In this document: piece after piece, positions 17,300-24,530 of the stretch
Position numbering within the stretch: the stretch's first letter is position 1
How the letters are laid out: each line of letters begins with the position of its first letter
DNA from: Faecalibaculum rodentium
GTDB lineage: Bacteria > Bacillota_I > Bacilli_A > Erysipelotrichales > Erysipelotrichaceae
Direction of reading: 5' to 3'
Assembly (NCBI RefSeq): GCF_001564455.1
Contig: NZ_CP011391.1
Span: 1,620,001-1,652,000, forward strand
Length of the DNA stretch: 32,000 nucleotides
The notes under the pieces: model-generated
Told to the model about the DNA's origin: nothing
What the model saw: only the letters and a program-made list of their open reading frames with translations
The model's database searches: none
Position numbers and translations under genes: made by a program

Positions 17300-17508
17300 C
17301 TATTGGCCTGGGCCACTCTGGTCGAATCTGTTATGTTCGCAGTTTTTGCCTATCTCCCTGAATTCTGGATGACAGAAGATTTTCTCTGGAGCAACTCTGT
17401 CCGGATCGTGGAAATCCACCGCACCGTGAATATCAAACCATACGATGGAGTCAATCATCCTGCCATCCATCAAAGGACAGTGAATGCACGTATCCTGTTT
17501 TTTTTCAT
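17300..17508 (-). pseudogene. Small Cys-rich ORF (~70 codons) separated from its SD+ATG by an A8 tract (one A short of in-frame)
   Basis: Minus strand: GGAGG (17519-17515), 6 nt, ATG (17508), then A8 (plus-strand T-run 17498-17505). As written this gives MKKNRIRAFTVL*. With A9 it reads MKKKQDTCIHCPLMDGRMIDSIVWFDIHGAVDFHDPDRVAPEKIFCHPEFREIGKNCEHNRFDQSGPGQ*. The stop is followed directly by the 8-bp hairpin TCTGTGGC/GCCACAGA. Confidence 0.3.
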
Positions 17509-17642
17509 GTTGTTCCTCCACGACGTTTTATGAGTTTTGAGCTGAGTCCAGGCTTTCCACGAAATCCTGAGCTTCTTTGTCATGATTGTCAATGGTGATA
17601 CGGCCGACGTGCCAGTTCTTTGCGGTTCACATACGAAGAAGT

Positions 17643-17680
17643 AAAAAGCCAGCCTGATTTATACATGGCTGGCCTTTTTT
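17643..17680. terminator. Bidirectional intrinsic terminator
   Basis: GCCAGCC (17647-17653) pairs with GGCTGGC (17668-17674), flanked by AAAAA on the 5' side and TTTTTT on the 3' side. It lies 11 nt downstream of the 72-aa minus-strand gene. Confidence 0.6.
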
Positions 17681-17690
17681 ATGAGTCAGG

Positions 17691-17909
17691 TTACTTCACA
17701 AACAGATCTGCAAGGCTGTCCGGCATCGGGTTCTCCCTGTCGAACACATCATTGTAGTGCACAATCTCAGGCGGCTTCTTCCCCGCCTTCAGATCCTGCA
17801 GCACCTGTTCCTTCCAGTCCATATGCTGTCCGTTGTCCAGGTCCATGAACGTCTTCGTGAAATAGTCACCATACTCTTCGTTCATGGCCTTCAGTTCATC
17901 TTTTGTCAT
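17691..17909 (-). CDS. Hypothetical 72-aa acidic protein
   Basis: MTKDELKAMNEEYGDYFTKTFMDLDNGQHMDWKEQ... Third positions are GC-rich like neighbouring core genes, a GAGGTGAG SD precedes it and a terminator follows. I recognise no family. Confidence 0.55.
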   Translation of the reverse strand: MTKDELKAMNEEYGDYFTKTFMDLDNGQHMDWKEQVLQDLKAGKKPPEIVHYNDVFDRENPMPDSLADLFVK

Positions 17910-18127
17910 GTACTCACCTCATTCAAATATATCGCGGAAACAGTTCCTCTGAAGCAGCCACCACAGCCACTGAAACAGCCAGCCCGCGGCGGCTGTTTCA
18001 GACGCTGTGTTGTTTGCATGGTGCCTTTCATCCATATACCCGGCTCATCAGAACCACAGGCACTCATCCTGCCCATTCCACTTAACTCCTGCTGCAGCGT
18101 CTGAGACTCCCGGCTCTGCCGGCAGTC

Positions 18128-20725
18128 TCAGTGGCTGCGGCTGCTGATCACCTTGAACAGCTGCACAGCCGCGAAACTTGCCAGCGAGAACAGGACCACC
18201 AGACCTGCCTGCAGAATGCTCATCGGCGTGACATCGAAGATCGGCTGCATCGCCGGGATGTTCAGGATTGCCGCCAGCAGGATCGCACCGGTTATGAATG
18301 CATACACACTGTACTTGTTGAACGGCAGCTCCCAGATGGGCTTGCTGCCCCGCTGCGAGAATCCATGCAGCAGCCGCGAAAGCGTCAGCGTGGAGAAGGC
18401 CATGGTCGTGGCCATTCCGGCACTGGTCTTCAGGCCGATCAGATAGCTTGCCATGACCGCCAGAAAAATCAGGATGCCTTCCACGCCAATCTGCATAATG
18501 GCATTTTTGTTCAGGATCGACTCCGTGGAACGCCTCGGTTTCTGATTGATCACATCCGGGTGGTCCGGCTCCATTCCAATGGCAATCGCCGGGAGGGAAT
18601 CCGTCACCAGGTTGATGAACAGCAGCTGCACCGCCGTGAAGGGATCCGGCAGAAACGCAAGGCTTGTCACCACCACCGTAATGATGGCCGACAGGTTGCC
18701 CGACAGCAGGTAAATGATGGCATTCTTGATGTTGTTGTAGACATTGCGGCCCGATTCTATGGCTTTTACGATTGTCGCAAAGTTGTCATCCGTCAAAATC
18801 ATCTTCGCGGCATCCTTTGAGACCTCGGTCCCCGTGATTCCCATGGCAATGCCGATATCTGCCGCTTTCAGCGCCGGTGCATCATTTACGCCATCACCTG
18901 TCATCGCCACGATATCGCCTTTTTCCTGCCACGCCTTGACGATCCGGATCTTGTGCTCCGGTGCCACACGCGCATAGACAGAAATCCTGTCCAGCTTATC
19001 CGCCAGTTCCCCATCCGACATGTGGGCCAGGTCGTTGCCTTCGACCGCCATGTCGCCGTCCTGGTAGATGCCGATTTTCTTCGCGATGGCCCGCGCCGTC
19101 ACGACGTGGTCCCCGGTGATCATCACCGGCTTGATTCCGGCTTTTCTCGCAGTGTGAACCGCTGCGGCGGATTCTTCACGCGGCGGATCCTGTTCTGCCA
19201 CCAGACCCACAAAGCAGAGGTCCTGTTCATCCGCCAGACCGATCCGGTGGTCTGCTTCCTCAGGCAGGTCCTTGTATGCAAACCCCAGGACCCGCAGTCC
19301 CTGTGAGGCATACTGCTCGTTCTGCGTCAGGACCAGATCCCGGTCCGCATCGGTGATCGGGCGCTTTTCTTTTCCCATCAGCACCGACGTGCAGCGCTTG
19401 AGCAGCTCATCCGGTGCCCCTTTTGTATAGATGTGGTGGTGGCTGGAGACGGACATCAGCTTCCGCTCGGAATCAAACGGCACTTCCTCGACGCGCTCGG
19501 CTTTGATCACAAAATCCGGGTGTGCTTTCTGGTACTGGTTGAACATGTCGATCAGCGCGATCTCCGTCGGGTCGCCAATGGACGAACCATCGGCATTCAC
19601 CACGGCATTGGTATTCAGCTTCGCGGCCTTCAGCAGGATCTGCTGGGGGTAGCTGGCGCGGGCATCCATGAGTTCCACGGTGTAGGGCGTCATGTCGGTG
19701 AAGACCTCCATGACTGTCATCTTGTTCTGCGTCAGGGTACCGGTCTTGTCGGAACAGATCACCGAAATGCAGCCCAGGCTCTCCACCGCATCGAGTTTCT
19801 TCATGATGGCGTGATTCTTCACCATCTTCTGCGTCGCAATGGACAGCACGATCGTCACGATGGAGTTCAGGGCTTCGGGGATCGCCGCCACGGCCAGGGC
19901 CACGGCCACCATCAGCGCTTGCAGGAATGGCTCATGGTTCACAAAGACATGCAGGATCAGGAGCAGCACACAGAGCAGGCCGATGTAGATCGTAAGTTTC
20001 TTCGAGAAATCCTCCAGGCTTTTCTGCAGCGGTGTCTTGCGGGCCTGGGCTTCGCTGATCATCCCGGCGATCCGGCCGATCTGCGTATCCATCCCCACGG
20101 CCGTGCAGATGTATTTTCCCGTGCCATTGGTCACAAGACCCGAGGAGAACACCATATCGGTCTGGTCGTTGATCTGCACTTCTTTGTCAATGGGGGCAGT
20201 GGTTTTTTCCACCGGCACCGGTTCACCCGTCAGGGCGGATTCATTCACCTGCAGAGACGCAGCTTCAAACAGACGGCCGTCGCCTTCGATGACATCCCCT
20301 GCCTCGACATACACGATGTCGCCGACCGTGAGCTGGCTGGATTCGATTTCCGTCAGCCGGCCATCGCGGATCACCTTGACATGAGGACTCGACAGACTCT
20401 TGAGGCTTTCGAGAGACTTCTGGGCCTGGACTTCCTGGACGGTGCCCAGGATCGCGTTCAGGGTGATCACCACAAGTATGACCAGCGTGGAAATCAGTTC
20501 GCCGGAGAAAGCGGAAATGATTGCGGCGATGATCAGGACAATGACCAGCAGGTCTTTGAACTGCCCGAAAAAGATCATCAGGGGACTCGCGGGTTTTTCC
20601 TGCACGAGTTCATTCAGTCCATAGGTTTCCTGGTTCTGGACCACCTGTGCCGGTGTGAGTCCCTTGGGACTGCTGTGCAGTTCCTGGAACACAGTCTGGG
20701 TGTCTTGCTGATAGTAAGGTTTCAT
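18128..20725 (-). CDS. Cation-translocating P-type ATPase (P2-type, Ca2+/Mn2+-ATPase-like)
   Basis: Carries the phosphorylation motif CSDKTGTLT, the hinge TGDGVNDAPALK and a cation-ATPase N-terminal domain. Start moved from 20776 to the ATG at 20725 (MKPYYQQDTQ...), which has a GAAGGGAG SD; the upstream extension overlaps a terminator. Confidence 0.9.
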   Translation of the reverse strand: MKPYYQQDTQTVFQELHSSPKGLTPAQVVQNQETYGLNELVQEKPASPLMIFFGQFKDLLVIVLIIAAIISAFSGELISTLVILVVITLNAILGTVQEVQAQKSLESLKSLSSPHVKVIRDGRLTEIESSQLTVGDIVYVEAGDVIEGDGRLFEAASLQVNESALTGEPVPVEKTTAPIDKEVQINDQTDMVFSSGLVTNGTGKYICTAVGMDTQIGRIAGMISEAQARKTPLQKSLEDFSKKLTIYIGLLCVLLLILHVFVNHEPFLQALMVAVALAVAAIPEALNSIVTIVLSIATQKMVKNHAIMKKLDAVESLGCISVICSDKTGTLTQNKMTVMEVFTDMTPYTVELMDARASYPQQILLKAAKLNTNAVVNADGSSIGDPTEIALIDMFNQYQKAHPDFVIKAERVEEVPFDSERKLMSVSSHHHIYTKGAPDELLKRCTSVLMGKEKRPITDADRDLVLTQNEQYASQGLRVLGFAYKDLPEEADHRIGLADEQDLCFVGLVAEQDPPREESAAAVHTARKAGIKPVMITGDHVVTARAIAKKIGIYQDGDMAVEGNDLAHMSDGELADKLDRISVYARVAPEHKIRIVKAWQEKGDIVAMTGDGVNDAPALKAADIGIAMGITGTEVSKDAAKMILTDDNFATIVKAIESGRNVYNNIKNAIIYLLSGNLSAIITVVVTSLAFLPDPFTAVQLLFINLVTDSLPAIAIGMEPDHPDVINQKPRRSTESILNKNAIMQIGVEGILIFLAVMASYLIGLKTSAGMATTMAFSTLTLSRLLHGFSQRGSKPIWELPFNKYSVYAFITGAILLAAILNIPAMQPIFDVTPMSILQAGLVVLFSLASFAAVQLFKVISSRSH

Positions 20726-20738
20726 GTTTGCTCCCTTC

Positions 20739-20875
20739 AAAAAAAGGACAGGACCCGATGGGCCTGATTGTCCCATGAGTCTTGTCCTTGAAGTCCAGCC
20801 AGTACAGATCTGTACGGGGTTGTTGACTGAACTGCCTGCATGCGAAGCCCACAGGCGACTACTCCCTCATTTGTG
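20739..20875 (-). promoter_or_regulatory. Probable yybP-ykoY (Mn2+) riboswitch aptamer (20775-20870) plus intrinsic-terminator expression platform (20739-20774)
   Basis: Minus strand: AUGAG-GGAGUAG-...GCCUG..CAGGC...GUCAACAA...GUACA-GAUC-UGUAC...CAAGA-CUCAU. P1 is AUGAG/CUCAU, flanked by the conserved GGAGUAG and AGAC blocks. Then GGAC-aauc-AGGCCC-auc-GGGuCCU-GUCC plus U7, then the SD and ATG of the ATPase. Confidence 0.6.
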
Positions 20876-20878
20876 AGT

Positions 20879-20884
20879 ATTGTA
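20879..20884 (-). promoter_or_regulatory. Candidate -10 element (TACAAT) for the riboswitch-ATPase transcript
   Basis: Minus strand ...TGTTACAATACTCACAAATGAGGGAG puts TACAAT 9 nt upstream of the riboswitch P1. The -35 is weak (GTGGTT). Confidence 0.35.
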
Positions 20885-21028
20885 ACATTTATCCTGGGAA
20901 AAACCACGAATCGTGACCCGGGTTTTGTCCGGACATCCCTCTTCCCCGATGCCGATGACTGCGCCAGGTGCACGGTTGCAGACAGTCACGCCCTTTGTGG
21001 CAGCCATCGTTCACTCTGTCTGCAACCG

Positions 21029-21063
21029 AAAAACCACCGGTGCTGCGGCTGTCAGTCCGGTGG
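21029..21063 (-). terminator. Rho-independent terminator after the S51-like gene
   Basis: Minus strand: CCACCGG...CCGGTGG (21063-21034), a 7-bp stem with a 16-nt loop, followed by TTTTT (21033-21029). Confidence 0.55.
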
Positions 21064-21071
21064 CCTGTTGC

Positions 21072-21734
21072 TCATGATTCTGTTCTGTTTGCCGAATGTC
21101 TTTCCACCCGTCCCATGGCCGTCACAATGCCATCTGTCACCAGCAGGCCGCCGTCTTCATACAGTGCCCAGGTCTCCAGGCCCTTTTCCTCCAGGGCCCT
21201 TTCCAGGTGTTCCCGCTGGTGTCGGTTGCCGGTGAAGTGGCACTCCAGGTCGAAGAAAAGCAGCCCCAGCCCGGTCTGCCAGGCAAAATCGGCATAATCG
21301 TCGTCAGGCGTGATGTGGTAGTCCTGCAGCTGGATCATGGCCCCTGCACTGATGCCGAACAGCAGGTTTTTTTCACGGATGGCTTTCTTCAGGCCAAACC
21401 TGCGGATCCGTTTCATGAACAGATCCGGAGCGCCGCCCGGCAATACCAGCAGGTCAGCTTCCTCAATTGCCTGCAACATCTCAGTGCGGCTGTCCCGGAA
21501 TGGGCTGATCCAGGTGATGTCCCTGATGCCGTAGGACTGCAGCGGCTTCTCGTACGCTGCATGCCAGGTTCCGCCAGGCCCATAGTCCTTTTCCCAGTCT
21601 GCCTGGTCCTTCACATTGTCGAAATCCGACATGGCCAGGATGCAGGCTTTCATGCCGGGCTTGAGCACCTTCTGCAGATGCCGCCTGGCCCAGGGCTGTG
21701 CAATGTCTCCGGTATTGGTCAGAATGCTGGTCAT
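21072..21734 (-). CDS. Type 1 glutamine amidotransferase-like / peptidase S51 (dipeptidase E) family protein
   Basis: 220 aa. LLVLPGGAPDLFMKRI and FGISAGAMIQ resemble the S51 GGGN and SAG(A) motifs. ATGA overlap with the upstream GNAT gene. Confidence 0.65.
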   Translation of the reverse strand: MTSILTNTGDIAQPWARRHLQKVLKPGMKACILAMSDFDNVKDQADWEKDYGPGGTWHAAYEKPLQSYGIRDITWISPFRDSRTEMLQAIEEADLLVLPGGAPDLFMKRIRRFGLKKAIREKNLLFGISAGAMIQLQDYHITPDDDYADFAWQTGLGLLFFDLECHFTGNRHQREHLERALEEKGLETWALYEDGGLLVTDGIVTAMGRVERHSANRTES

Positions 21735-22225
21735 TGCGTGTCCTTCCTGAGGCGTTTCGTGAAAAAAACATCACAGGATATATGACCGGTGCTTCCCATG
21801 GGCTGGTCTGTCTGTTCGAACCCGTGTTTTCTGTAGAAGCTCTGTGCCCTGGTCATGTTGCCGAAGGTTTCCAGGTAGTACAGGGCATAGTGGTCTGCGG
21901 CGTGCTGCAGCACGGTTTCCACCAGACGGCGGGCAATGCCTGTTCCCCGGGCTTCGGGCAGTGTGTACATTTTCTGCAGCTCGCAGACATCCTTCTCTCC
22001 TGGCAGGGGTCCAAATCCCGCACCGCCCAGGATCCGGCCAGATTCGTCTTCCGCCACCCAGTAGCGCATTTCGGGTTCTCCATAGATCTCGGAAAACCGG
22101 CCAAGGTCCGGGTCACACCAGGCCGTGCCTTGCCGGTCGCCGCCATATTCCTTCAGACAGGACCGGATGATGGCCTCCACAGCCGCATTGTCCTGTTCTT
22201 TAATTTCCCGTATGGTCACAGTCAT
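21731..22225 (-). CDS. GNAT family N-acetyltransferase
   Basis: Acetyl-CoA binding motif (LPEARGTGIARRLV) and a GNAT-typical C-terminus (FYRKHGFE). Start moved from 22264 to the ATG at 22225 (MTVTIREIKEQD...), which is preceded by AAGGAAGG. Confidence 0.8.
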   Translation of the reverse strand: MTVTIREIKEQDNAAVEAIIRSCLKEYGGDRQGTAWCDPDLGRFSEIYGEPEMRYWVAEDESGRILGGAGFGPLPGEKDVCELQKMYTLPEARGTGIARRLVETVLQHAADHYALYYLETFGNMTRAQSFYRKHGFEQTDQPMGSTGHISCDVFFTKRLRKDTQ

Positions 22226-22393
22226 ATCAAAGCACCTTCCTTTTCCGGATATTGTATCAGTCATTGCCGGACGCGGGAATGAAATCCAGATTTCCTGAAT
22301 CAGGATTGAATCCCTTTAAAAACCTTGTTCCTCAAGAATGCAGGCAGAATTGCTGAACCGCCCTGTTCTGCTGCCATCTTTTTCGGACCATTG

Positions 22394-22425
22394 AAAAGCC
22401 GGAACAGGTCATTGCTGTTCCGGCT
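22394..22425 (-). terminator. Rho-independent terminator ending the pcrA...gatB-hypothetical cluster
   Basis: Minus strand: GCCGGAACAG-caatgac-CTGTTCCGGC followed by TTTT, 14 nt after the stop at 22439. Confidence 0.6.
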
Positions 22426-22438
22426 GCTGATTCTATCG

Positions 22439-23044
22439 TCACTGCCGCACGATTTCGGAAACCAGATCGGGATCCTTGGGTTCGGAGATCACATCCACCA
22501 CTTCATTGCCGGCACCGGTCTTGGTGAGCTTGAAGTAGATCTGGCCGTCCTGCGGATGGCTGTCATCCACGATCCAGTTGTAGCTGTCGATCTCGATGTC
22601 GTAGTTCTTTCCGTTTTCCGTGTTCGTGAAATATGTATCGAAGGGAAGAATGCTGTTGACAATGTCCCGTGCCTGGGTCATCGCCGCTTCCACCGTGCCT
22701 CTGTCTGCATCATCCGCCATGTTCAGGTGAATGCGCAGCGTCGCGCTTTTCAAGTTGTCCGTCACGGATTCCACACCGCCGATCCCCGACAGCTCCTGCT
22801 GGATCTGGTCGAGCTGGGACTGCTCGATTTTCGGGTTCAGGTCCCCGGAATCAAACCGGACGCCCACCACCGGCTCGTTCTGTTCTTCCATGGATGTGAG
22901 CAGCACGTAGCCGACAATCACACAGGGAATCGCAATGATGATCAGCGTGATCCAGACCAGCAGGTGGCCCTGCTTCTGCCTGGGCTGCCGGGGCGTTTTG
23001 ACCTTCCGTTGTCTTTTGTTTGATGCTTTGTTCGGTTCTGCCAT
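22439..23044 (-). CDS. Hypothetical membrane-anchored protein (basic N-terminus, one TM, ~150-aa extracytoplasmic domain)
   Basis: 201 aa: MAEPNKASNKRQRKVKTPRQPRQKQG followed by LLVWITLIIIAIPCVIVGYVLL. AGGAGG SD present. It lies directly downstream of gatB. No family recognised. Confidence 0.6.
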   Translation of the reverse strand: MAEPNKASNKRQRKVKTPRQPRQKQGHLLVWITLIIIAIPCVIVGYVLLTSMEEQNEPVVGVRFDSGDLNPKIEQSQLDQIQQELSGIGGVESVTDNLKSATLRIHLNMADDADRGTVEAAMTQARDIVNSILPFDTYFTNTENGKNYDIEIDSYNWIVDDSHPQDGQIYFKLTKTGAGNEVVDVISEPKDPDLVSEIVRQ

Positions 23045-23105
23045 TGCTGCCTCCTGTCAACCGTCAGTATAGCATACTGTCACGCTGCGTGACCCTTGCG
23101 CTTTT

Positions 23106-24530
23106 CTAACGTTTTGCCAGTTCTTCACGAATCAGCTCATTGGTCCGCTTCGGGTTGGCGGTCCCTCTGGACTTCTTCATAACCTGGCCCACCAGAAAGC
23201 CTATGGCACGGTCCTTGCCCGCCTTGTAGTCTTCGATGGATTTCGGGTTGGCATCCAGCACTTCGGTGACGAGTGCCAGGATCGCGCCTTCATCCGTCAC
23301 CTGCTTCATGCCCTTTTCCTCGACGATCTTTGCCGGTTCCTTCCCGGAAGAAAGCATGTCTTCAAACACCGTCTTGGCCTGCTTCCCGGAAATGGTGCCA
23401 TCCGCCACCAGGTTCACCAGCTGCGCCAGGTGTTCCGGGGCCACCCCTGCATTGGCAAAGGTGCGGTTGTCCCGGTTCAGAGCAGCGGACAGATCCCCGA
23501 TGACCCAGTTCGCGGTCTTCTTGGCGTCTTTCGCTGTCTTTGCAGCTTCCTCATAGTAGTCTGCCATGGCAGGATCGGCCACCAGGACCTGGGCATCGTA
23601 TTCCCCCAGTCCATAGTCCTTCATGAACCGTGCCCGGCGGGCTGCCGGCAGCTCTTCCATGGTGTCCTGGATGTCCCGAATCCAGGCTTCATCCAGCTGG
23701 ATCGGGAAAATGTTTGGTTCCGGGAAATACTTGTAGTCCACGGCCCCTTCCTTTTTCCGCATCAGCACCGTCGTCTTCTGACTCTCGTCATACCGGCGCG
23801 TGGCCTGCTCCACCCGGCCGCCTTCGTCCAGGATCCGGCTCTGCCGCTCGATTTCCGCTGCCACGGCCTTCTGCACATTGGCGATGGAGTTCAGGTTCTT
23901 GATCTCGGTCTTCGTGCCCAGGCTGTCATCTGCAGAGAGGGAAATGTTGACATCGCACCGCATGGATCCTTCTTCCATCTTGACATCCGATACGTTCAGG
24001 TACAGCAGGATCTGCCGCAGCGTATCCACATAGGCTGCGGCTTCTTCGGCCGAATGCATATCGGGACGGGACACAATTTCCACCAGGGGCACCCCGGCCC
24101 GGTTGAAGTCGATGTACGTCCCTGTTTCCCGGTGGAACTGCTTCGCGGTGTCTTCCTCCATATGGATGCGTTCGATCCGGATCCGCTTCGATCCCTCTTC
24201 TGTCTCGATCTCCACGTAGCCGTCCCGGCCGATGGGGTGAAACTGCTGCGTGATCTGGAATCCCTTGGGCAGATCGGAATAGTAGTAGTTCTTCCGGTCA
24301 AACTTCACCAGGGGATCAATGTCGCAGTGCAGGCCGGTGCAGGCCTTGATGGCCAGCCGGACAGCCTCTTTGTTCACGCTGGGCAGTGTACCGGGCATCG
24401 CCAGGTCCACCACACTCGTGCAGGTGTTCGCCGTTTCCCCGAATTTCACCGGGGCACCGGAGAACATTTTGGTCCCTGTTTTCAGCTCACAGTGGATCTC
24501 GATGCCGATGGTGGTCTTGTACTTACTCAT
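23106..24530 (-). CDS. gatB: Asp-tRNA(Asn)/Glu-tRNA(Gln) amidotransferase subunit B
   Basis: MSKYKTTIGIEIHCELKT... is a canonical GatB N-terminus, with a YqeY-like tail. Start moved to the ATG at 24530, which overlaps the gatA stop by 8 nt; the ORF-track extension to 24575 lies inside gatA. Confidence 0.92.
   Translation of the reverse strand: MSKYKTTIGIEIHCELKTGTKMFSGAPVKFGETANTCTSVVDLAMPGTLPSVNKEAVRLAIKACTGLHCDIDPLVKFDRKNYYYSDLPKGFQITQQFHPIGRDGYVEIETEEGSKRIRIERIHMEEDTAKQFHRETGTYIDFNRAGVPLVEIVSRPDMHSAEEAAAYVDTLRQILLYLNVSDVKMEEGSMRCDVNISLSADDSLGTKTEIKNLNSIANVQKAVAAEIERQSRILDEGGRVEQATRRYDESQKTTVLMRKKEGAVDYKYFPEPNIFPIQLDEAWIRDIQDTMEELPAARRARFMKDYGLGEYDAQVLVADPAMADYYEEAAKTAKDAKKTANWVIGDLSAALNRDNRTFANAGVAPEHLAQLVNLVADGTISGKQAKTVFEDMLSSGKEPAKIVEEKGMKQVTDEGAILALVTEVLDANPKSIEDYKAGKDRAIGFLVGQVMKKSRGTANPKRTNELIREELAKR

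Noticed and set aside
18005-18066. Hammerhead-ribozyme-like core on the minus strand (CUGAUGA ... GAAA) with flanks that partly pair (GUGCC/GGCAC, UGUGGUU/AAC-CACA).
   Set aside because: Stem II between CUGAUGA and GAAA does not form a credible helix. Stem III lacks the A15.1-U16.1 closing pair and a proper cleavage-site triplet. The helix topology does not match a type I, II or III hammerhead.
18099-18131. Hairpin GAGACT-c-CCGG-ctctg-CCGG-c-AGTCTC overlapping the ATPase stop, considered as its terminator.
   Set aside because: No U-tract follows on the minus strand. The ATPase and the downstream 72-aa gene are more likely co-transcribed and terminated at 17643-17680.
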